Positions 10,516-19,068 of a stretch of 64,000 nucleotides of DNA are shown here, piece after piece. Positions within the stretch are counted from its first letter, which is position 1. Each line of letters starts with the position of its first letter. Location: IMG/VR virus record IMGVR_UViG_3300037400_001617, one strand, 5' to 3'. The stretch comes from a virus. Taxonomy: Duplodnaviria; Caudoviricetes. Position numbers and translations under genes: made by a program. The notes beneath the pieces are model-generated. The model worked only from the letters and a program-made list of their open reading frames with translations. It was not told where the DNA came from and searched no databases.

Positions 10516-11163
10516 ATGGCTATGCTTTATACACTTGATTATTCTCCATTTAAGAAGCTTACACCAAGTCAGTATAAAAAGGGTATACCGAGTCTGGACA
10601 GTTATACTGGTATAGAAGGACTGTTACAGTCGGTAAGACCAAAAGATCGTGAAGCTATCAGAACAGTACTCACATATGATCCATCGATCATATTCATGGA
10701 TATCATGTACTATGCTGGTATTGGAACCAGTAATGGTATCGTCGTAGATAATGATACTATGAGACCATTACCTTACAATGGAAACAAGCTCATGAGATAT
10801 CCTGCTGTTATCGGCGGATGCGGAAACATGAACATAGTCAACTTCGATCCTATCTTCAACCTTAAGATGATGGAGATAGTCTTCACTGTGTATATCACTA
10901 AGATATCTGCAGAGAGAAACATAAGCATCAAGTCATTCTATATATACGGACGTCAGAACCAACTTAAATCTGGTGAGTTGTGTTTAGACGACTATAAGGG
11001 AACTAAACTAGTTTCGGATCAATTCATGACTGATACTGTATGCTATATCAATCTGATGATGCAGATTGAGGGTGTAGACAGAGAAACAGCATACAATCAG
11101 TGTGCGGCTCTTGACAACTACATCGTTTGCTCAAAGAAGATGAAAGGACGTCATTATGAATGA
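10516..11163 (+). CDS. hypothetical protein
   Basis: 215 aa, AAGGAGG SD. Confidence 0.8.
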   Translation: MAMLYTLDYSPFKKLTPSQYKKGIPSLDSYTGIEGLLQSVRPKDREAIRTVLTYDPSIIFMDIMYYAGIGTSNGIVVDNDTMRPLPYNGNKLMRYPAVIGGCGNMNIVNFDPIFNLKMMEIVFTVYITKISAERNISIKSFYIYGRQNQLKSGELCLDDYKGTKLVSDQFMTDTVCYINLMMQIEGVDRETAYNQCAALDNYIVCSKKMKGRHYE

Positions 11164-12364
11164 TTATGGATCACTGAACACTAATCAGCGTAGAGTGTTC
11201 GACGCAGCTATGGAATGGTGGAAAGGTGCTCGATCTGAACCGTTCGAGATCTCTGGACCACCAGGCTCTGGCAAGACATATCTGATAAACACTATAGTCG
11301 ATTACCTCGGTATAGCTAGAGAAAAAATAGCTCCACTCGCATACACTGGAGCGGCCGCAATCAATATGAGAGTTCATGGAATGGAGAACGCTAAAACTGC
11401 TCATTCATGGCTCTATCTTCCAGTAATGCAACAGCTAGTCGACGAAAATGGTAAACCTATCATAGATCCAAGAACTGGTAAGCAAAAAGTGGTGATAAAA
11501 TACGTCGAAAGAGAATCACTACCAGGTATAGATCTCTTGATAATAGATGAGGGTGGCACTATACCACCCAACATGAGAGCTACTATAGAGAAACATCATA
11601 TACCAACCATAGTAGCAGGAGATATAGATCAATTGCCACCAGTACATGGTAAGCCTGCGTATCTGAATGATCCCCGCAAGATTCACTTCCTAACGGAGAT
11701 CATGAGACAGGCTCAGGATAGTGGTATAGTCTATATCTCTCAAATGGTAAAAGATGGAAGACAACCGCATTGTGGACTCTGGAAAGATGCGCTTGTCATC
11801 CATCGAAATCAGCTAACCTTAGATATGCTCTTAAGGTCAAAGATTATACTATGTGGCAGAAACGTCACTAGAGACTATTATAATGACTTCATGAGAGCTA
11901 CCTATGGTTTTGCAGGACAGCTACCAATGTATGGTGAGAGGGTAGTATGTCGTAAGAACAACTGGAATGTCGTCACTCCAGATGGAATCAATCTCACCAA
12001 TGGTCTTTTAGGTATGTGTATAAATGACCCAAAGTATACATATGATAGAAAGCATGATTCTTTCGTCTTAGACTTTGCACCAGATATGAGTACTGGTGTA
12101 ACGTCTAATGTATTCCACGGTCTCGACTGTTCATACACATACTTCACATCGGATGCTAAAGTCCGTGAGAAACTACGAAACGATCCCGAAATAAAGACTG
12201 AAAGATTTGAGTTTGGATATGCCATTACTACCCACATGTCACAAGGCTCTGAGTACGACAATGGTATATACATAGAAGAATCACTCAACAAGAGCATAGA
12301 TCACAAACTTAACTACGTTGGAGTTACACGCTTCAGAAAGTTTTGTATCTATGTAAAAGAGTGA
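11156..12364 (+). CDS. Dda/RecD-like SF1B DNA helicase
   Basis: GPPGSGKT, AYTGAAA, IIDE, GDIDQLPPV, LTEIMRQ, YAITTHMSQGSE, YVGVTR. Confidence 0.9.
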   Translation: MNDYGSLNTNQRRVFDAAMEWWKGARSEPFEISGPPGSGKTYLINTIVDYLGIAREKIAPLAYTGAAAINMRVHGMENAKTAHSWLYLPVMQQLVDENGKPIIDPRTGKQKVVIKYVERESLPGIDLLIIDEGGTIPPNMRATIEKHHIPTIVAGDIDQLPPVHGKPAYLNDPRKIHFLTEIMRQAQDSGIVYISQMVKDGRQPHCGLWKDALVIHRNQLTLDMLLRSKIILCGRNVTRDYYNDFMRATYGFAGQLPMYGERVVCRKNNWNVVTPDGINLTNGLLGMCINDPKYTYDRKHDSFVLDFAPDMSTGVTSNVFHGLDCSYTYFTSDAKVREKLRNDPEIKTERFEFGYAITTHMSQGSEYDNGIYIEESLNKSIDHKLNYVGVTRFRKFCIYVKE

Positions 12365-12399
12365 TGTATTCTTCTAACAAACTCACAACAATATAGTAT

Positions 12400-12516
12400 G
12401 GCGGTGCAGCTATGCACTATTAGACTCTCACAGCAGTTCTCTATGTTAAAATGGACAGTTATGAGTCTAGACGAGCGATTCTTTAAGAGTTGAATCTTAA
12501 GCAGTTACCGCCACCA
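12400..12516 (+). ncRNA. candidate tRNA-like small RNA with encoded CCA end
   Basis: GGCGGTG/TACCGCC stem followed by ACCA; AACA-N6-TA motif at 12387-12398; hairpin at 12521-12546. Confidence 0.55.
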
Positions 12517-12520
12517 CCTT

Positions 12521-12546
12521 TCCGTAGTGGAAATGTCCACTACGGA
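12521..12546 (+). terminator. terminator-like hairpin
   Basis: TCCGTAGTGGA-aatg-TCCACTACGGA, 11-bp perfect stem, no clear U-tract. Confidence 0.6.
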
Positions 12547-12630
12547 TAAGTTGTCTTAAAACAACTTTTGGCTACATATCATACCTTTGAGTCAAGAACA
12601 ATACTAAGACTCAGAAAGGAAATCGAAACA

Positions 12631-13347
12631 ATGAGCGATAACATTGTAAACCCCTTTGGTATTGTGAATCCTGTATCTGGTGAAGTAACCGAACAGGAAG
12701 TTAATCCTACCAAAGAGGATCTCAAACTTATCAAAGAAAAGGAAAAGAGACTGGCAGAAGAGGCTAAGAAGAACCTCAAGACAGTCAAAGTTGCAGATGG
12801 TACAGCAACAACTAAGAGACCTGCTAAGAATAAGAGAGCTCCACAGGCTCCAGTAGTAGCAGGTAAACCACAACAGCAGAATGTTCCTCAGAAGCCTAAG
12901 CAGATACAGTCTGTAAAAGAGTATCTTGTGTGCTTTGTATTTGAGGGACAGGATATGACTGAACCAGACTGGACACGTTCCAGATGGATAACTGCAGAAG
13001 GAAGAGGTTTATGCTTTGCTAAGACAGTAAGCATGATTCATGATATAACCTCTGAAAATGAAGACTTCTATGATCCTATCGATTATGAGGAGTCATTCGT
13101 GTTATGCACGGGAGTCAAGTATGAAGAGAAGGTTCCGCTCCTTCAGTTCATCAGACTCTGCATCGAGAAAGAAGCCAAAGCAATAGACAAGTATATGCTT
13201 GACTATATGCAGGCAGTCCTCAAGTCATACGAAACTGGTTCGTTTGAACCTATTGACGAATGGGTCAAGGTTAACAATGATACACCTTGTACTCCACAGG
13301 TTCAGCAGACCATGTATACATCACTTGAGGGTGAAGATATAAACTAA
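12631..13347 (+). CDS. hypothetical protein
   Basis: start moved to ATG 12631 after GAAAGGA; MSDNIVNPFGIVNP... Confidence 0.8.
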   Translation: MSDNIVNPFGIVNPVSGEVTEQEVNPTKEDLKLIKEKEKRLAEEAKKNLKTVKVADGTATTKRPAKNKRAPQAPVVAGKPQQQNVPQKPKQIQSVKEYLVCFVFEGQDMTEPDWTRSRWITAEGRGLCFAKTVSMIHDITSENEDFYDPIDYEESFVLCTGVKYEEKVPLLQFIRLCIEKEAKAIDKYMLDYMQAVLKSYETGSFEPIDEWVKVNNDTPCTPQVQQTMYTSLEGEDIN

Positions 13348-13369
13348 ACTAGCCAAGGAGGACACTAAT

Positions 13370-14137
13370 ATGGCACAGAACAACAAACCAAGACAGCCTC
13401 GTAAGACGTGGTTTGATAACCAGGCCGAGAGGAAAGGACAGAGGTTTCTGGACGGTTGGGCCAATGGTCAGGACAGAGACTTCATATTACCAGATAAAAA
13501 GATAAGAGCCATCGATAATATCCTGAGAGATATTAAAGATGGCCAGATAAATCAGATTAGGGATATAACTCCAACAAGGTTACTTAACAAGGACCTTCTG
13601 TATTCCATCACGCAGGTATGTAAAGCGAGACTGGATTATTTTAACCGTATGTATAATGCGTTTGTTATGCTCGACATGGTAAGCTACTGCGTTCTGACAC
13701 AGAAACGGCTTTATGAACTGACAGAAGGAATAACAGACGTAGATGAAAAAATGAAGCATCTTGAAAAGATTGGTGTTGACAGAAACTATATTTGGCTCGT
13801 CGGCACTATGCCTTTAGACGGAGCATATGATCCCATGACCAACACTTACAAAGGTGGTATACCTTATACAAGAGAGCTTCAGCAAGCACACAATCACCCA
13901 GCATATCAAACGCAGATATGGATGGCTGAGAGGTATAAAACCATGTATAAGATCATGTACAATATCTTCTCAAAAATCTATGATGGTGTGGCACATAACA
14001 CGCTCAAACAGTCGGATATAACATTTTATGAGCAGATTCAGTCAGCAATGAAAAACGCTGAAGAGCATAAGTTCCCAAATGGAATGAAGGTGCCGCTTGA
14101 CTTCAATGTGCTGACTGGATACGACTACATGCTTTAA
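13370..14137 (+). CDS. hypothetical protein
   Basis: 255 aa, AAGGAGG SD. Confidence 0.8.
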   Translation: MAQNNKPRQPRKTWFDNQAERKGQRFLDGWANGQDRDFILPDKKIRAIDNILRDIKDGQINQIRDITPTRLLNKDLLYSITQVCKARLDYFNRMYNAFVMLDMVSYCVLTQKRLYELTEGITDVDEKMKHLEKIGVDRNYIWLVGTMPLDGAYDPMTNTYKGGIPYTRELQQAHNHPAYQTQIWMAERYKTMYKIMYNIFSKIYDGVAHNTLKQSDITFYEQIQSAMKNAEEHKFPNGMKVPLDFNVLTGYDYML

Positions 14138-14185
14138 CCAGGCACTCAACTTATCTATAATACTAACCAAAGGAGGTTAATAGTT

Positions 14186-14722
14186 ATGGATAAAGCAAAA
14201 CTTATAGCTCTTAGAAAAGAGCTTCATCAGCTTACCAATATAGCTAGAAAGAATCCCGATCAGAAGATAGATGTACCGCTCATCATAGCAATCGATCACG
14301 GTACTACTGTAATCGACGAGATCGATAGTTGTATAATGTGGGATGATGATAACGAAGTATTGTACTCAATCGAGTACAATAACAACGTGAACGACAAGCT
14401 GTACAATATCTGCCCGATGAGAATCAGAGCATTTCAGTACAGCACGATCGTTTCAGTAACTGCGAGAGCAGATCTGAATATGCTTATGGACTTCTTCGAC
14501 TCAAAGATTTCTGACGGAATCACGAATGAGACTACTAAGGAGAAGTACAGAAAGGCATACATGGATATGAGAGATCCGAGAACCTTCGCTGCAGGACATC
14601 CTAGTCCGTCTACTTCAAAGGATCTTCCTTTGAATCAGGTAGATAGATTCAACGAAGACTTCCCGCTCATGAATCCATCAGCTATCATGGCAAACCTCGA
14701 GAACTCAAATCCTGAGGTATAA
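14186..14722 (+). CDS. hypothetical protein
   Basis: 178 aa, AAGGAGG SD, AACT-N6-TA motif upstream. Confidence 0.8.
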   Translation: MDKAKLIALRKELHQLTNIARKNPDQKIDVPLIIAIDHGTTVIDEIDSCIMWDDDNEVLYSIEYNNNVNDKLYNICPMRIRAFQYSTIVSVTARADLNMLMDFFDSKISDGITNETTKEKYRKAYMDMRDPRTFAAGHPSPSTSKDLPLNQVDRFNEDFPLMNPSAIMANLENSNPEV

Positions 14723-14806
14723 ACACAATAACAATTGTATACAATAGAGGGGTACGAGAGGATCCCTCTTGTATAAATCAAAATTCTTTTAAGGAGGACA
14801 TCGACA

Positions 14807-15883
14807 ATGATGTACAATTCTGTTTTCAACACACCCAACGGAGGAATCTATCCTTCAACAGTAATCAACCCCGTTAATGAGAAGCCTCAGGTTTCTACTC
14901 TTAACGAAAAGGAAGAGAAGATCCTCGCTTCAACAGGCGGAAACGAGTTCGTTTTCACAGAGGAAGAAATGGCAGTAGCTCACTGCAACCACGCTCCATC
15001 AAACAACGGCCAGAATGTTCTGGAAGTAGAAAGCGATGACGGAGTTGTTGCAAAGTTCCGTTGCAGACGCTGCCACACTACATTCGAAGTGGACAGAAGA
15101 ATCACTGAGAGTGATGTAAGCAAGGTGTGCGAGGTAATGCATAATATACTCAACACCATCAAAACATATCTTGGATCTGAGATCTCACCTCAGTTCGCAA
15201 GAGACGTGTTCAGCATTGATGCAGCTTTCCCGAAGCTGCCTAAGCTCTACTCACAGGCTAAGAAGAGCATCGAGCAGAAAGTCGCTGCACTCAATCAGCA
15301 GTTCCAGTATGCAAATCCTGGTGCTTACTTCGGCCAGGCAAATCCATACCAGACTGCATTCGCAAACGGTCTGAACAGTCCGTCAGCACAGTACCAGTAC
15401 AACCAGTACGCTGCAGCTGCATATCCTACCTTCAATGGTAATGGAATGCCTCAGCAGATGTATGGTTACGCAGGACAGCCTGGAATGCCTGTAAATCCAT
15501 ATGCAGCTCAGACACCTCAGATGGTAAATCCTTATGCTCCTCAGCAGGGATATGCACCTTCTCCTGTTGGCGGTCTGATGACTGCAGAAAATCCGCTGTA
15601 TACTTCACAGACTAGCGGAGTAGCTCCTGAGGGTACTGGAACTTATTCAGTTCCTGCTCCCAACTCAGGAATGATGTTCAACAGCGTTGTTCCCTCAAAC
15701 GTAAATGTTGCTCCTGCAGCTCCTATGGCAGGTACAACAACACAGGCAACACCTCAGATGAACATCCCTACAGTAGGAAGTCCTGCACCTGCACTTCCTC
15801 CTGTAACAAACCCTACACCTGCAGCTGCTCCTGCTCCTAATGTAGCAACTCCTGTAGGTAACACAAGCACAATCACACTGTAA
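14807..15883 (+). CDS. Zn-binding N-terminal domain plus Q/Y/G/P/A-rich low-complexity tail
   Basis: CNH...CRRCH; C-terminal ~190 aa almost uncharged with NPY repeats. Confidence 0.8.
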   Translation: MMYNSVFNTPNGGIYPSTVINPVNEKPQVSTLNEKEEKILASTGGNEFVFTEEEMAVAHCNHAPSNNGQNVLEVESDDGVVAKFRCRRCHTTFEVDRRITESDVSKVCEVMHNILNTIKTYLGSEISPQFARDVFSIDAAFPKLPKLYSQAKKSIEQKVAALNQQFQYANPGAYFGQANPYQTAFANGLNSPSAQYQYNQYAAAAYPTFNGNGMPQQMYGYAGQPGMPVNPYAAQTPQMVNPYAPQQGYAPSPVGGLMTAENPLYTSQTSGVAPEGTGTYSVPAPNSGMMFNSVVPSNVNVAPAAPMAGTTTQATPQMNIPTVGSPAPALPPVTNPTPAAAPAPNVATPVGNTSTITL

Positions 15884-15900
15884 TTCATATTGCCCTATAG

Positions 15901-15933
15901 GGAGGTGAGAGATTCTCTCACCTCCTTATTTTT
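15901..15933 (+). terminator. intrinsic terminator
   Basis: GGAGGTGAGAG-att-CTCTCACCTCC followed by TTATTTTT. Confidence 0.8.
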
Positions 15934-15983
15934 ATCGATCCTACAACAACACTATAATCAAATTAGAAAGGATTGATGCTACA

Positions 15984-18344
15984 ATGGCAACAGTGAAAAA
16001 GAAGAAGACCGAATCCCTTGAAGAACAAATCAAGAATTATGGGTCGCAGATCAAGGAGATTAATGATATTGTCGATCAGGTTCGACAGACTCCTGATGTG
16101 TATATAGGACCTTTAGGAAATAAGGGATTCCTAACGATGATTAGAGAGATCTTTCAGAATGCTCTTGATGAGATACTGAAGGGTGTAGCTCTTGATATGA
16201 ATATATCGCTCACATTCGATGAGCGCACTAACGCGGTGACTGTTGCAGATCATGGTCGTGGAATACCTCATGGTATGATAGGCAAGATCTTCGGTCAGAC
16301 GCATACAAGTTCCAACTATGAAAAACAGCCTGGTGTATATTCTGCTGGAAAGAATGGTTGTGGCGGTGCTGTCACAAACATGCTTTCTCATAGTATGATT
16401 ATAGATTCATACGTTTTAGGCGAAGGCCGACACGCCGAATTCGTAGAGGGACATCTCTGGAAGAAAGGCGAGGTAGCAATCCCCAAGAAGGATTGCAAAG
16501 GGAAACAGGGATCAGTGATCACATTCATTCCATCTGAGACATGTTTAAACGTTGACAAGTTTAGTTTGACTTGGGAGAATGTGCATGACTTGGTTGCTTC
16601 CATAGTTCCGTTGGCACCAATAGGAACAACTTGTTCATTCGATGGAGTGGACATGAATGGAGTTATCCATCACGAGGATATAGTCAATCAAGATGGGGTG
16701 ATAACCCATTTGATCAACATGACCCAGAATCCGTTCATTGCTCCTATCGTTGTACAAAACGATAATGGAACAATGAAGATGGATTTATGTTTGACGTACG
16801 ATACAAGTGTCGAGAACAACTTTGAAGACTATCAGAGCTTCAACAACACTTGTCCTACTGAGGGCGGAAAGCATCTTGATGGTGCACTCGATGGAGTAGT
16901 ACGATTCTTCAAAGAGTACATGAACAAGATATACCTTGTAAACGTAAAAAGCAAGGTTAAGCTCGTATGTGGAATCAACGACATCAAACAAGGACTCAAA
17001 CTGGTCATAAGTACATTCCATCTCTATGCTATGTATACTGGCCAGAGTAAGGAGATACTCAGCAATGAGGATATCTTCCCATTCGTTTCGCAGACTACTT
17101 ATGAAGGTCTTCAGGCTTGGAGTCAGAACAATACTACTGATCTTCAGAACCTGTGTAAGTACTTCAGAAGCATAATCGAACTTAGACTGAAGCAGGATAA
17201 GGACAAGGTGAAGTTGGCAAACTCTTTTAAGTCATCGATCCTTTCGGGCTATCCTGATAAGTTCAAGAAACCTAATATGAAGAAAGGTTTCGAGTTGATT
17301 ATAGTTGAAGGAGATTCAGCTTTCGGTTCTGCAGAGAACTCGAGAGACAATAACACTCAGGGTATCTACCCCATAAGAGGTAAGTTACCTAATGCCTTCG
17401 AAAAGCCAGCGAGCGTAATCTTCCAAAACGAAGAGGTAGCATCCATCTTCCAAATCATAGGTGGAGGCTACGGTAAGAACTTCGATATATCAAAGGTCAA
17501 CATATCAAAGCTTATATTCATGGCTGATGCTGACCCTGATGGTAAACATATCTTGACACTTCTCCTCAGGCTGATCGCACTGTATGCGAGACCGCTTTTG
17601 GAGGCAGGTATGGTTTACGCGGCAATACCGCCGTTATTTGGAGTTCCTATGGGTAAGGATAAGTACAAGTACTTTGTCGATAAGAAGGACTACTATCAGT
17701 ATATACAGAAGAAGTTCTCTACAGACAATGTCCTTACCGATATCAACGGAAAGGCTATGAGTACAAAGAGTATCGTAGACCTTCTCGACAGAACAGATAA
17801 CTATATCAGCGTTCTTGAGAGTACTGCTACTAACTATGCAATTGATCCTAGTCTGCTTGAGAGTATCTTAATCAATAAAGATCTCTCACCCAAGAAGTTC
17901 AAGTCTGCTATAGAAAAGCAGTATAGATTCATGAATGTACGTACTGAGAACGGTATAACTGTTCTTGATGGTTTGGCTGGAAACAAAGCACATCTGGTAT
18001 TCCTTACACCTCGTCTCTTAGCAGCGTGTGGTATGGTTATGAGTTATTTGAACGCTAATGAACCGTACTACAGACTCAATGGAGAAGTGGTGTCACTGTA
18101 TGGACTCAGAATTGCATTCGGCAAATACGAACCATCACATCTGCAGAGATTTAAAGGTCTCGGCGAGATGAATGCTAAGATGCTTGGTATAAGTACATTA
18201 AGACCTGACGGAGATAGACTTCTTGTTAGATACACGTTTGAGGATATCAATCGTGAGATCAATGAGATGAGAAAGCTCAATGATAACAAGGAACTTCTCC
18301 TCAAGGGTATTGGAAAGATACCTAGACAGGACATCTTAGGATAA
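15984..18344 (+). CDS. gyrB: type IIA topoisomerase subunit B (GyrB/ParE-like)
   Basis: EIFQNALDE, DHGRGIP, GKNGCG (GHKL ATPase); VEGDSA, PIRGK, DADPDG (TOPRIM); RFKGLGEM. Confidence 0.92.
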   Translation: MATVKKKKTESLEEQIKNYGSQIKEINDIVDQVRQTPDVYIGPLGNKGFLTMIREIFQNALDEILKGVALDMNISLTFDERTNAVTVADHGRGIPHGMIGKIFGQTHTSSNYEKQPGVYSAGKNGCGGAVTNMLSHSMIIDSYVLGEGRHAEFVEGHLWKKGEVAIPKKDCKGKQGSVITFIPSETCLNVDKFSLTWENVHDLVASIVPLAPIGTTCSFDGVDMNGVIHHEDIVNQDGVITHLINMTQNPFIAPIVVQNDNGTMKMDLCLTYDTSVENNFEDYQSFNNTCPTEGGKHLDGALDGVVRFFKEYMNKIYLVNVKSKVKLVCGINDIKQGLKLVISTFHLYAMYTGQSKEILSNEDIFPFVSQTTYEGLQAWSQNNTTDLQNLCKYFRSIIELRLKQDKDKVKLANSFKSSILSGYPDKFKKPNMKKGFELIIVEGDSAFGSAENSRDNNTQGIYPIRGKLPNAFEKPASVIFQNEEVASIFQIIGGGYGKNFDISKVNISKLIFMADADPDGKHILTLLLRLIALYARPLLEAGMVYAAIPPLFGVPMGKDKYKYFVDKKDYYQYIQKKFSTDNVLTDINGKAMSTKSIVDLLDRTDNYISVLESTATNYAIDPSLLESILINKDLSPKKFKSAIEKQYRFMNVRTENGITVLDGLAGNKAHLVFLTPRLLAACGMVMSYLNANEPYYRLNGEVVSLYGLRIAFGKYEPSHLQRFKGLGEMNAKMLGISTLRPDGDRLLVRYTFEDINREINEMRKLNDNKELLLKGIGKIPRQDILG

Positions 18345-18469
18345 CCAATAGAAGGTGTGGAGCAATCCGCACCTTCTTTTTTGTGCGTAATATTTTAATG
18401 ACAATCCTACATATATATAATCGAACCCAATTGGGCGATATTAAAATACATCCAAAGGAGAGTATCATT

Positions 18470-18913
18470 ATGAACAACAACAGAAACCCTAAGTACAACA
18501 AGAAAGGCTATTCAAAGCCTAACCCGAACACCACAAGAGTAGCAAAGTATACTACGGCTGAGTTCGAACTTGGTTCTTCTGACAAGTACGACTCTATAAT
18601 CGACACACTTATTGCTATCATTGATTCATGCAGCTTCGACTGCTGCGCTATCACTGCTAAGATGAGAAAGTCCGCTTTCTTTGACAGCTCTGAATCAAAG
18701 GGAATGATCGACCTCGGCGAGATCAGAGAGTTCAACAATGATACAAAGAAGTTCACTGTATCTATGCCTACAGCTACATATACAAAGCTTAAGGACGTCA
18801 TCAACAACGGCAGTCTTAAGATCGTACCTGCAGTGAGACTCAACAAGGACACTGGTGAAGTTAAGTTCATCTCTTGCTTCGAAGCTGTTCTTCCTTCCAC
18901 TGCAAACGAATAA
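18470..18913 (+). CDS. hypothetical protein
   Basis: start moved to ATG 18470 after AAAGGAG; lies between the two topoisomerase genes. Confidence 0.75.
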   Translation: MNNNRNPKYNKKGYSKPNPNTTRVAKYTTAEFELGSSDKYDSIIDTLIAIIDSCSFDCCAITAKMRKSAFFDSSESKGMIDLGEIREFNNDTKKFTVSMPTATYTKLKDVINNGSLKIVPAVRLNKDTGEVKFISCFEAVLPSTANE

Positions 18914-19068
18914 GACAACTTCTATCATTTCAAAACCATCCTTATATAGGAATTCGGTGGAGGTCCCTAGTGGCCTCCACCAATTCCCGTGTCTGTTGTA
19001 TATTATAGAGAGGTAATAAAGGAGTTTGGTCAGAACTCTACAATAATCACACAAGGAGGTTACAATAT

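Noticed and set aside
12400-12516. tmRNA or canonical tRNA
   Set aside because: Too short for tmRNA, no G3-U70 pair or tag frame, and no canonical D or anticodon arms.
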